A stretch of DNA of 64,000 nt from an uncultured Rhodospirillaceae bacterium (lineage in GTDB: Bacteria; Pseudomonadota; Alphaproteobacteria; Micavibrionales; UBA2020). Under the pieces are notes generated by a model. It saw nothing but the letters and a program-made list of their open reading frames with translations, did not search any database and had not been told where the DNA came from. Position numbers and translations under genes: made by a program. Location of the stretch: contig CAYWIT010000004.1 in the NCBI GenBank assembly GCA_964458415.1, forward strand, positions 81,493 through 145,492, in the 5' to 3' direction. This document shows positions 19,158-28,120 of the stretch, one piece after another (the stretch's first letter is position 1; every line of letters starts with the position of its first letter).

Positions 19158-20741
19158 ATGAAAGCGGAAATCGGAAATCAGGCGGATGTGGTGATTGTCG
19201 GGGCTGGTGCAGCCGGTCTATTCGCGGCGCTTTCCCTTGCCCCCAGGCGCGTCATGGTTCTGAGCGAAAAACCGCTGGGCGGGATTTGCGCATCATGCTG
19301 GGCGCAAGGAGGCATTGCCGCGGCCGTGGACAGGGAGGATACGGCGCAAAGCCATGCGGCCGATACCATGAAAGCGGCGGCAGGAACGGCGGATGCGGAA
19401 GTCGTGCAGGCGCTGGTCGCGGATGCGCCCCGTTATATCGCCATTCTTGAAAAGCTCGGCGTTCAGTTTGAACATGACGAAACCGGAGCCTATCGCCTGT
19501 CGCGCGAAGCCTGCCATGCCAGACGGCGCGTGCTCAAGGCTGCCGCTGGCGACGGTTTCGGGGCCGAGCTGATGCGCGCGCTGGTCGAGGCTGTGCGGCA
19601 GACACCTTCTATCGTTTTTATAGATGGCGTTTCCGCCGAGCGGGTCCTGCGTCGGGATGGCGCCGAGCAGGGGCCCGTGCAGGGTGTTCTGGCGCGCCGT
19701 TTGTCTGATAACAGGCCGATCGTTTATGCCGCCCCTGCTGTTTTGCTGGCCACGGGCGGGATTGGCGGACTTTATGCGGCGACGACGAATCCGCTGGGCG
19801 CCATCGGCCGCGGGGTGGCGATGGCCGCGCGTGCGGGGGCGGTGCTGTCCGATCTTGAATTCGTGCAGTTTCACCCCACCGCGCTGGATATCGGCGAGGA
19901 TCCGGCCCCGCTGGCGACAGAGGCGTTGCGCGGCGAGGGGGCGTATCTGCTCAACAGTCGCGGGCAGCGCTTTATGCCGGATTATCATGATATGGCGGAA
20001 CTGGCGCCGCGCGATATCGTCAGTCGCGGCAGTTTTGCCCAGATGCAGAAGGGCCAGAAAATTTATCTCGATTGCCGCCATATCGACGTTTCACATTTTC
20101 CGGCCCTGATTGCGGCGGCGGCACGGGCGGGGCTCGATCCACAGCGCGATCTCATTCCTGTAATGCCGGCGGTGCATTATCACATGGGCGGGATTTCGAC
20201 CGATCTGAACGGACGTTCCAGCATTGAAGGGCTCTGGGCGGCGGGGGAAACCGCAGCGACCGGCCTGCATGGCGCCAATCGTCTTGCTTCCAACTCGCTG
20301 ATGGAGGCGGTTGTGATGGGTGGTCGCGCCGCCATGGATATGGCGCAATTCAAAGGCACCGTCGGGGAAATCGATCTGGGCCGCCTTCCGGCGCCGGGGG
20401 TCGGGGAAATGCCGGCAGAACGTGACATGCTGCGCCATATCATGAGCGATCTGGTCGGGGTGATCCGCGACGCGCGCGGGATGAAACAGGCGGTACAGGC
20501 GCTACGCCTGATCGAAGAACAGGCAGACGGATATGATTCGAAAACGGCGGATATGGCGCTGGTGGCACGGATGATTGCCACTGCGGCGCTGTTGCGGACG
20601 GAAAGCCGTGGCGGACATTGCCGCAGCGATTATCCCGCAGCGGATGTGAAATGGCAAAAGCGCTCCTTTACGACCCTGCGCGAGATCGACGCTGCGCTGA
20701 CTTCGCAAAGGGCGCAGGAGAGAATGGAGGCCGTGGCATGA
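19158..20741 (+). CDS. nadB: L-aspartate oxidase
   Basis: 527 aa flavoprotein. DVVIVGAGAAGL, AQGGIAA, HYHMGGI, and the RTESRGGHCRSDYP C-terminal motif. Confidence 0.95.
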   Translation: MKAEIGNQADVVIVGAGAAGLFAALSLAPRRVMVLSEKPLGGICASCWAQGGIAAAVDREDTAQSHAADTMKAAAGTADAEVVQALVADAPRYIAILEKLGVQFEHDETGAYRLSREACHARRRVLKAAAGDGFGAELMRALVEAVRQTPSIVFIDGVSAERVLRRDGAEQGPVQGVLARRLSDNRPIVYAAPAVLLATGGIGGLYAATTNPLGAIGRGVAMAARAGAVLSDLEFVQFHPTALDIGEDPAPLATEALRGEGAYLLNSRGQRFMPDYHDMAELAPRDIVSRGSFAQMQKGQKIYLDCRHIDVSHFPALIAAAARAGLDPQRDLIPVMPAVHYHMGGISTDLNGRSSIEGLWAAGETAATGLHGANRLASNSLMEAVVMGGRAAMDMAQFKGTVGEIDLGRLPAPGVGEMPAERDMLRHIMSDLVGVIRDARGMKQAVQALRLIEEQADGYDSKTADMALVARMIATAALLRTESRGGHCRSDYPAADVKWQKRSFTTLREIDAALTSQRAQERMEAVA

Positions 20742-21595
20742 CAACGATTTCCCCTCTTTCACAGCTGATTATCGAACCGATGGTACGCGCGGCGCTGGTC
20801 GAGGATCTGGGGCGGGCGGGCGACATCACGACAGCCGGTACGATTTCGGCAGGAACGCAGGCGCGCGTGGTCATGGCCGCCCGTCACGACGGGCGTATCG
20901 CCGGTTTTGATTTCGCCGAAACGGCTTTTCGCTTGATTGACCCGGCGCTTGTTGTGCGGCGGCTGAAAGAGGAAGGCGCAGATGTTAAAAAGGGCGACGA
21001 GATCATGGAGATTTCCGGTGCGGCCCGTTCCATCCTGGGTGCCGAGCGCGTAGCGCTCAATTTTATGGGACACCTTTCCGGCATTGCCACCCTGACGCAG
21101 AAAATGGTCCGCGCGGCGGGAAACCATAGGGCCCGGATTGCCGCCACGCGCAAGACCTTGCCGGGATTGCGGGCGGCGCAGAAATATGCGGTCATGGTGG
21201 GGGGCGGCGTGCCGCATCGCTATGGTCTGGATGATGCGGTGCTGATCAAGGATAATCATATTGCCATGGCCGGAGGCGTGCGCAAGGCGATTCAAAATGT
21301 CAAGGCGCATATCGGCCATACTGTCAAGATTGAATGCGAGGTGGATACGCTTGACCAGCTCGGGGAGGTGCTGGAGGAAGGCGTGGATATCGTCATGCTT
21401 GACAACATGAGTCTGGAGGATATGGCCGCGGCGGTAAAGCTAATGGCGAGCCGTGCCGTGGTCGAGGCCTCCGGCGGCGTGACGCTGGAACGTATCCCTG
21501 CCATTGTAGCGACTGGCGTGGATTTGATCTCTTCCGGGGCCGTGACGCATAGCGTGCCGAATTTTGATATCGGTCTTGATTTTAAAGAGGCCTGA
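20738..21595 (+). CDS. nadC: nicotinate-nucleotide pyrophosphorylase (carboxylating)
   Basis: ATG 20738 overlaps the nadB stop (ATGA). ALVEDLGRAGDITT, TRKTLPGLR, and IMLDNM motifs. Confidence 0.9.
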   Translation: MTTISPLSQLIIEPMVRAALVEDLGRAGDITTAGTISAGTQARVVMAARHDGRIAGFDFAETAFRLIDPALVVRRLKEEGADVKKGDEIMEISGAARSILGAERVALNFMGHLSGIATLTQKMVRAAGNHRARIAATRKTLPGLRAAQKYAVMVGGGVPHRYGLDDAVLIKDNHIAMAGGVRKAIQNVKAHIGHTVKIECEVDTLDQLGEVLEEGVDIVMLDNMSLEDMAAAVKLMASRAVVEASGGVTLERIPAIVATGVDLISSGAVTHSVPNFDIGLDFKEA

Positions 21596-21597
21596 CC

Positions 21598-24420
21598 CTA
21601 ATTTTGATCTTGTTTTAAAAATGCGCGCGTAATGTCTACCGCCTCCTTCAGGCCGATGCGTTCAATAGCGATACCTGCGGGGAAGGCCGTCGTCAGGCGC
21701 GTCGGCAGGGCGGCATCCAGCATAACGAATATTCCCTTGTCCGTAGCGGTGCGGATCAAGCGGCCAAAAGCCTGTTTCAGCCGGAAGCGGGCGAGCATGT
21801 CATCATAATTTTTGCCGAAATGCGCCCGCCGGGCTTTGTGCAGCAGCGTCGGGCGCGGCCAGGGCACGCGATCATAAACGGCAAGCCGCAAGGAGCGCCC
21901 CGGTACGTCGATGCCGTCACGTGTCGCGTCCGTGCCAAGCAGGCAGGCGTTCTCTTCGGCGCGGAAAATATCGATCAGCGTTGCGGTATCCAGCGGATCG
22001 ACATGCTGGGCATAAAGCGGAATGCCGTTTTCCTCCAGCGCTTGTTGCAGGCGCTCCTGTACGGCACGAAGACGCTGCACAGCCGTGAAAATGCCGAGCG
22101 CCCCGCCGCCGGAGGCTAGAAATAGGGCGCGATAGGCGGCCGCCACTTCATCGGGGTTCTCCTTGCGCACATCTTTGACAACAAGAATGCGGGTTTGTCT
22201 TGCGTAGTCAAACGGCGAAGGCGCCGAGAAAAGTTCAGGCTTTTCCGTCAAATGCGCAACGCCTGTCCGGGCGAGGGGGCTGGCCCAGCCTTCCGCATCC
22301 TCCGGTGTGCGGTCACGCAATGTGGCCGAGGTGACGACGGCTCCCTGTACGTGCGGCTTGAGTGCGGCTGCGAAAAGGGCGGCGGGATCAAGAGCCGCGC
22401 GGAACAGGCCGCCATCGTCGTCGCGCCCTTCGATCCGTGTGATTTCCAGCCAGTCGATGACGCCTTCCGGCGCTTTGGAGAGCAGCGATTCCAGCATGGC
22501 CAACCAGCCGCCAACGACATTTTCCGCACGCCGTGTCAGGGCTTCGGCGGTATAGCGCAGCCGCTCCCGCGCCGTGGTCTCCAGGTCTTCGGCTTCCTCC
22601 ACCAGTTTTTTGCGCAACAATGCCGCAAGGGATCGCAGGGGGCGCTGCAAATCGCGCAGTCGCAGGGACAGCGCATAGGCTGCGTCGGCGAGCCCCGGAA
22701 TAACCGGCTGCGTAGCGGTCTCCAGCGCATAGAATCCTTTCAGATCTTTGTTGCGGGCATAGACCTGCTGGCGGCAGAGCAGGAGAAAATTTTCGGTCAC
22801 GCCCTTGGGGGATTCTTCTGCCAGCCGCTGCCGCCATTGCGGGCCGGGCAGGCCGCGCGCCGCTTCCAGAGCCAGATCAAGTGCGGCTTTGGCGGCGTCA
22901 TCGTCGGCGATGATTTCCTCCAGCCGCCGTTTTAATCCGCGGGCGCGGCTCTTGCGGTCGCTTTCGACGCCGAGAATCCAGCGGCGCAGCTCGGCTGTTT
23001 CGCCGCCGGTGAGCGCGCCCGAAAAAACACCGTCCGCGGCATCGAACAGATGATGTCCCTCGTCAAAAACAAAGCGTCCCGGCAAAGCGTCATCTTCGCC
23101 GCCCAGCGCCAGCTGATGCATGACCAGCGCGTGATTGGCAATGACGATATCGGCCCTTGCCGCCTTGCGCAGGCTTTTCTCGATAAAACAGCGGTTGAAG
23201 TGCGGGCAGGCGGAATAAATGCATTCGCCGCGCCGGTCGGCCAGACTGTGGACCCGATGCCAGCCCAGCAGCCCCGGCAACCAGCCCGGAAAATCGCTGC
23301 CGCCGAGGTCGCCCTCGCCAGTGAGCGCGACCCAGCGCAGCATCAGGCCGAGGGCTATGGCGTTGGGGGCACTGGTATGGAGGGTGGGGGATTGTGTCGC
23401 ATCCTCCAGATTGAGCAGGCAGAGATAATTGTCGCGGCCCTTGCGGGTCACGACCTTGCGCGATTGCGTGATGGGGTCATCGTAAAGCCCCTTCAGTTCT
23501 TCCGCTGCCTGTCGCTGCAGGTTGCGGGTATAGGTGGAAACCCAGACGGCCCCGCCGTTTTTTTCCGCCCAGAGCGTGGCGGGAGCCAGATAGCCCAGTG
23601 TTTTGCCGACGCCGGTTCCGGCCTCAGCCAGCACAATGCGCGGCTCTCCCGGCGCGTCACAGGGGGAAAAGGCATGGGTGAGGGCATGGCTGTATTCTTT
23701 TTGCGCGGGGCGGTCTTCCTTTTTCTGGCGGGCGCGCAAGCGGTGCAGGCGTTCCTCTGCTTCTTCCGGCGTCACGGGCAGGTGGCCGGCAGGCGGTTCC
23801 GGCGCGTGTTGCGCCCATTCCGGCAGTTTTTCCCAGATTTTCAGGGCAGTTCGGATTTCCCCGCGGCCGGGCGGCGTTTCTGTCCGGCCGAGTGCGGCCA
23901 GAACAGACGGGGCCCAGAGCCAGCCTTCCGGCTGCTCCGCGCCGTCATTCGCCTGTCCCGTCATACCCATCATCGCGGCCAGTGCCGCAGGGTCGGAAGC
24001 TTCCTTGCGCATCGGGGCTGTCAGGTCCGTCAGCAGGTGGCGGATGCTGTCCCGCAGGGACAGGCAGCGGTCCTCGGCGCTGACAGGCTCAAGAAGATGC
24101 ATCGCGGCAGCGATGCCGCCGGGCGTCGGTACGCAGAACACGCCGGGGTGGACAAAGGCAAAAAGCTCCAGCACGTCATAGGCGATAACCCTGTCTACCC
24201 GCAGGAACTTCGCCAGTGATGCGGCATGGCAGACAACTGGAATATGCGTAGACAGAAGTTTTCGGGCCTGATCGGGAGTGAGATACTTCAGCTCGCCATC
24301 CGTGGTCAGGGCGCAAATCCGGTGTCCGTCCATGACCAGCACGGGCGCTTTGGGAATCAGCAGGCGGCGGGGGGGTGGCGCTGGCGGCGGCGGTTGGGCG
24401 GGAAGGGCTTGCATGGCCAT
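21598..24420 (-). CDS. ATP-dependent DNA helicase, DinG/Rad3 (XPD-like Fe-S) family, with about 250-aa N-terminal extension
   Basis: 940 aa. Walker A AEAGTGVGKTLGYL, DEGH box VFDEGHHL, a four-Cys cluster region (NYLCLLN...GECIYSACPHFNRCF), and C-terminal helicase motifs. Confidence 0.85.
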   Translation of the reverse strand: MAMQALPAQPPPPAPPPRRLLIPKAPVLVMDGHRICALTTDGELKYLTPDQARKLLSTHIPVVCHAASLAKFLRVDRVIAYDVLELFAFVHPGVFCVPTPGGIAAAMHLLEPVSAEDRCLSLRDSIRHLLTDLTAPMRKEASDPAALAAMMGMTGQANDGAEQPEGWLWAPSVLAALGRTETPPGRGEIRTALKIWEKLPEWAQHAPEPPAGHLPVTPEEAEERLHRLRARQKKEDRPAQKEYSHALTHAFSPCDAPGEPRIVLAEAGTGVGKTLGYLAPATLWAEKNGGAVWVSTYTRNLQRQAAEELKGLYDDPITQSRKVVTRKGRDNYLCLLNLEDATQSPTLHTSAPNAIALGLMLRWVALTGEGDLGGSDFPGWLPGLLGWHRVHSLADRRGECIYSACPHFNRCFIEKSLRKAARADIVIANHALVMHQLALGGEDDALPGRFVFDEGHHLFDAADGVFSGALTGGETAELRRWILGVESDRKSRARGLKRRLEEIIADDDAAKAALDLALEAARGLPGPQWRQRLAEESPKGVTENFLLLCRQQVYARNKDLKGFYALETATQPVIPGLADAAYALSLRLRDLQRPLRSLAALLRKKLVEEAEDLETTARERLRYTAEALTRRAENVVGGWLAMLESLLSKAPEGVIDWLEITRIEGRDDDGGLFRAALDPAALFAAALKPHVQGAVVTSATLRDRTPEDAEGWASPLARTGVAHLTEKPELFSAPSPFDYARQTRILVVKDVRKENPDEVAAAYRALFLASGGGALGIFTAVQRLRAVQERLQQALEENGIPLYAQHVDPLDTATLIDIFRAEENACLLGTDATRDGIDVPGRSLRLAVYDRVPWPRPTLLHKARRAHFGKNYDDMLARFRLKQAFGRLIRTATDKGIFVMLDAALPTRLTTAFPAGIAIERIGLKEAVDITRAFLKQDQN

Positions 24421-24515
24421 AAATTACAGAACTTTTTTCTGAAAAGACAGGCAGAAATACAAAACTTGCAACGCTCTGATTTATCTGGCAAAAATTTGGC
24501 CTGCACGGGGATGAC

Positions 24516-24947
24516 ATGGATCCAGAATGTTTTTTAGTCAGGACTGAACAAGACATGCGGGCGTGCCTGTCCTTGCGCCATGATGTTTTTGTACAGGAAC
24601 AGGGGGTTCCGGAGGATCTGGAGCTTGACGGGCTTGATGCGTCGGCACGGCATTTTGCAGTCCGGACGGGTGGTGATATTATCGCAACTTGCCGTATCCG
24701 GCTTGTTGACGGCACCGCTAAAATCGAGCGGGTCGCGGTGGCGAGAGATTCTCGCGGTAAAGGCGTCGGGGCCGCGCTGATGAAATATATCATGCAGGAA
24801 CTGGAAAAAACGGACCACATCACGCTGTTTAAACTCAGCGCCCAGACCGATGCCGTGCCGTTTTATGAACGATTGGGATTCCGTGCTTACGGGCAGGAAT
24901 ATATGGATGCAGGCCTTCCGCATTATGATATGGTACAGGAAAGATAA
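24516..24947 (+). CDS. GNAT family N-acetyltransferase
   Basis: 143 aa. VAVARDSRGKGVGAALM acetyl-CoA binding motif. Confidence 0.8.
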   Translation: MDPECFLVRTEQDMRACLSLRHDVFVQEQGVPEDLELDGLDASARHFAVRTGGDIIATCRIRLVDGTAKIERVAVARDSRGKGVGAALMKYIMQELEKTDHITLFKLSAQTDAVPFYERLGFRAYGQEYMDAGLPHYDMVQER

Positions 24948-24965
24948 GGTATAGAGGAAAAGAAG

Positions 24966-26477
24966 ATGACCAAGCAACAAACTGCCGATGTGGCCCACCA
25001 GACGACGGATTCCAATGCACTGATCGACGCCAAGATCGAGAATCTGAAACAGCTGGAAAGCCGGGGCGTCAACCCTTATCCGTATAAATTCGAAGTGACC
25101 CACTACGCCGCCGGCCTGCATGAAAAATATGCCGGCCTGGCCACGGGAGAAGTGACGACAGACGTTGTCTCTGTAGCGGGGCGCATGATGTCCAACCGCA
25201 ATTCCGGCATGTTCATCGATCTGAAGGATACCACCGGCAAGATCCAGATTTTCAGTCACAAGGACCAGATCGCGCCGGAGCTGCGCGAGCAAATGGCCCA
25301 TTACGATATCGGCGATATTATCGGCGTGACGGGCATTGTCCGCCGCACCCCGCGGGGCGAGCTGACCATCAATACGCAGAAAGCGGAAATGCTGTGCAAA
25401 TCTGTGCGCCCCTTGCCGGAGAAATACCATGGCCTGCATGACGTCGAGCTGAAGTACCGCAAGCGCTATCTCGACTTGATCATGAATGACGAAAGCCGCG
25501 CGACATTTCGCCAGCGGAGCCGGATTATTTCCTTTATCCGCAATCTTCTTGAATCCGAGGGATTTATGGAGGTGGAAACGCCGATGTTGCATCCGATTGC
25601 GGGCGGGGCCAATGCCAAGCCGTTTCTGACGCATCATAACGCGCTGGACATGCAGCTTTATCTGCGGATCGCGCCGGAACTCTATCTCAAGCGGCTGGTC
25701 GTCGGCGGCTTCGACCGCGTGTTCGAGATCAACCGCTGCTTCCGCAACGAAGGGATTTCGATCAAGCACAATCCGGAATTCACCTCGGTCGAGCTCTATC
25801 AGGCTTATGCCGATTATACCGATATGATGGCGCTGGCGGAACGTATTGTCGAAGGCGCCGTCAAGGCGACGCATAACGGGGAAACCAAAGTCAAATTCGG
25901 CGCGCATGAAATCGATTTCAAGGCGCCGTGGGCGCGCAAGTCCATGACACAGCTGGTGCAGGAAAAAACCGGCGTTGATTTCCTGACGCTGACCGAAACG
26001 GGTGCTGCGGCGCTGGCCGCTGAAAAGCTGGGCGTGGCGATCAAGCCGGGATCGAACTGGGGCGAAATTGTCGAGGCGGTTTTTGCCGACAAGGTCGAAT
26101 TCACGCTGATCCAGCCGGTGCATGTTACCGATCTGCCGAAGGATATCTCGCCGTTGGCGAAGGTCCATCGTGACAATCCGCTGCTGACCGAGCGGTTTGA
26201 AAGCTATGTCAATGCTTGGGAAGTCGCCAATGCGTTCTCGGAGCTGACCAGTCCTTTCGACCAGCTTGACCGCTTTAAAAAGCAGATGGAGGCGCGAGAG
26301 CAGGGGAACGAGGAAGCGCAGATGCTGGATGAGGATTTTGTTGAATCGCTGGAATACGGACTGCCGCCGACGGGCGGGCTGGGCATCGGCATTGACCGCA
26401 TGGTCATGTTGCTCACGGATTCACAGAGTATCCGTGATGTTATTGCCTTTCCGACGTTGCGGCATCACCAGAAATAA
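24966..26477 (+). CDS. lysS: lysine--tRNA ligase, class II
   Basis: 503 aa. OB-fold N-domain, class II motifs ([39 protein letters not shown]). Confidence 0.95.
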   Translation: MTKQQTADVAHQTTDSNALIDAKIENLKQLESRGVNPYPYKFEVTHYAAGLHEKYAGLATGEVTTDVVSVAGRMMSNRNSGMFIDLKDTTGKIQIFSHKDQIAPELREQMAHYDIGDIIGVTGIVRRTPRGELTINTQKAEMLCKSVRPLPEKYHGLHDVELKYRKRYLDLIMNDESRATFRQRSRIISFIRNLLESEGFMEVETPMLHPIAGGANAKPFLTHHNALDMQLYLRIAPELYLKRLVVGGFDRVFEINRCFRNEGISIKHNPEFTSVELYQAYADYTDMMALAERIVEGAVKATHNGETKVKFGAHEIDFKAPWARKSMTQLVQEKTGVDFLTLTETGAAALAAEKLGVAIKPGSNWGEIVEAVFADKVEFTLIQPVHVTDLPKDISPLAKVHRDNPLLTERFESYVNAWEVANAFSELTSPFDQLDRFKKQMEAREQGNEEAQMLDEDFVESLEYGLPPTGGLGIGIDRMVMLLTDSQSIRDVIAFPTLRHHQK

Positions 26478-26480
26478 AAT

Positions 26481-26511
26481 TTAACTATTCTTAAAGAATT
26501 TGCTGTATAAT
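26481..26511 (+). promoter_or_regulatory. candidate promoter with 19-bp spacer containing a dyad (MerR-like architecture) ahead of the cus-like operon
   Basis: TTAACT (26481-26486), a 19-nt spacer containing ATTCTT-a-AAGAAT (26487-26499), then TATAAT (26506-26511). The -10 ends 6 nt before ATG 26518. Confidence 0.3.
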
Positions 26512-26517
26512 CGACCC

Positions 26518-26898
26518 ATGGTTATGTTCAAACGCATTATGGCTGTTTTCATCTGTCTGGGGCTGCTGCTGTCCGCCCCGGTTGCACAGGCGCAGCCGGA
26601 TTGCCCGATGATGCACCAGCAAGACAAAACCATGGACAAGACGATGGATCCCATGATGGATATGACCCATTGCAAGGAGATGTCGCAGGAAAATCACCAG
26701 CAGAAGAAAAATGGCTGTGATGATTTATTGTGCCAGATTCAGTGCAAGGCGGGAATATCCTCCGTTTCCATGGCACCGGTTCCGCAAAACCTGACGACCG
26801 TTTACGTTGCAGGCGCCGTTTATCACTTCTCCGATTTTGCGCTTCCTCCGCAATCCGCCGCCACCGCGCCGGATCGTCCGCCGAAAGCCCTGTCGTAA
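26518..26898 (+). CDS. small secreted Met/His/Cys-rich protein (putative periplasmic metal-binding protein, not CusF-like)
   Basis: Signal peptide MVMFKRIMAVFICLGLLLSAPVAQA. The first 60 mature residues contain 9 Met, 3 His and 5 Cys (QPDCPMMHQQDKTMDKTMDPMMDMTHCKEM...CDDLLCQIQC). First gene of the cus-like operon. Confidence 0.6.
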   Translation: MVMFKRIMAVFICLGLLLSAPVAQAQPDCPMMHQQDKTMDKTMDPMMDMTHCKEMSQENHQQKKNGCDDLLCQIQCKAGISSVSMAPVPQNLTTVYVAGAVYHFSDFALPPQSAATAPDRPPKALS

Positions 26899-26935
26899 TC
26901 CAGTTTTGAACGGATTCTGACGACAGGAGATTTTT

Positions 26936-28120
26936 ATGCGTTATCATACAGCTTTTATACTGCTTGCCCTCGGGGCGGCTTCTCCGGCCTTTGCGCTGGA
27001 ACCGGATACAAAGTGGCAGCAGGCCCTGCAAAGCCTTGCCAGCCATCCCGAGGTGACGGCCTCTCTTGACGCGGCTCGTGCGGCAAAGGAGTTTGCCGCC
27101 GGAGAGATGGGCCTGCCGGACCCGATGCTGTTCATTGAAAACCGCAATATCTCCGCGATGGATGAGGAAAAAATGCTGGGTTTCAGCCAGTCTGTTCCGG
27201 CTTTCGGGGCAAGGCGTGCTGCGGCGCAAAAATACAGGGAAAACACTGAAAAATCTGGATTGCTGGCAGGGTTTGCCCGCAGTGCGCTGGAAGCGCGATT
27301 GATAACGGCGCTGGCCCATCTGCAAAAAGTGTCTGCGCTGGAAAAGATCGCGCAGGAACAGAAAAAGCTGCTGGCTGTAGCGGCGAAGAGCGCCCGTGGC
27401 CGCGTGGCTGCCAATATCGGCGGCGTGGAGAATGTTTCGATGATCGGTGTGGCGGCTGCCGACATTGACTTGATGCTGGCGGATCTGGAAGAAGAGCGTC
27501 ATGACCTGCAAAATATGCTGGAATATCTGACCGGTAGCACGATGGAAATAGAGCCTCCGGAAACCGTCAGGACGGAATGGGACGGGGATATTCAAAAAAC
27601 ATGGCCGGTGATGATTGCGGCGGCGGAAAGGAAAATGACGGCGGCGGACGTGAGGATGCAGGAGGCTGCGTTTCGCCCGTCGTTCGAGCTGGGCGGCAGC
27701 ATCAACCGCATGGACCGCGGGGAGAATTCAGGCACCCTGCGTCTGGGGCTCAGCGTACCGCTCTGGGCGGCGGGTAATCAGGCGCCCAGACTGCGCGGGG
27801 CGCAGGCCCTGTTGTCCGCCCGTTCCGGCGACGAGCAGAAAATGCAGCGCGAGATGCAGGAAAAGCTTGCGCATCTCCAGACGCAGATTGATGTCAGTGT
27901 CAAAAAAGAGGTGCTGCTGAAAGAAAAAACAGCGGCGGCGGAAAAGACGGCTGCTGCCCGGAAAAGGGCCTATGCGGCGGGGGAATCAACCATGGGCGCG
28001 GTGGTCGAAGCCAAAGTATCCGCTCTGGACGCCAAAGCGGGTCTGGCGCGTGAACAGGCGCGTCAGACAGAGTTGATCGCCGCTTTTAATAGCTATATCG
28101 CGGGAGGGCGCCATGAATAA
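26936..28120 (+). CDS. cusC: TolC-family outer membrane efflux protein (CusC-like)
   Basis: 394 aa. Signal peptide and two coiled-coil/OEP-like repeats. 8-nt overlap with the adaptor gene. Confidence 0.75.
   Translation: MRYHTAFILLALGAASPAFALEPDTKWQQALQSLASHPEVTASLDAARAAKEFAAGEMGLPDPMLFIENRNISAMDEEKMLGFSQSVPAFGARRAAAQKYRENTEKSGLLAGFARSALEARLITALAHLQKVSALEKIAQEQKKLLAVAAKSARGRVAANIGGVENVSMIGVAAADIDLMLADLEEERHDLQNMLEYLTGSTMEIEPPETVRTEWDGDIQKTWPVMIAAAERKMTAADVRMQEAAFRPSFELGGSINRMDRGENSGTLRLGLSVPLWAAGNQAPRLRGAQALLSARSGDEQKMQREMQEKLAHLQTQIDVSVKKEVLLKEKTAAAEKTAAARKRAYAAGESTMGAVVEAKVSALDAKAGLAREQARQTELIAAFNSYIAGGRHE

Noticed and set aside
24534-26168. 544-codon minus-strand ORF antisense to the GNAT gene and lysS
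   Set aside because: Same shadow-ORF artefact: no recognisable motifs, and it completely overlaps a confident class II LysRS gene.
26481-26494. CtrA-like TTAA-N-TTAA site (TTAACTATTCTTAA) downstream of lysS
   Set aside because: The spacing is N6 rather than the N7 of the TTAA-N7-TTAAC consensus, and the second half lacks the terminal C. The sequence is better explained as part of the promoter/dyad described above.
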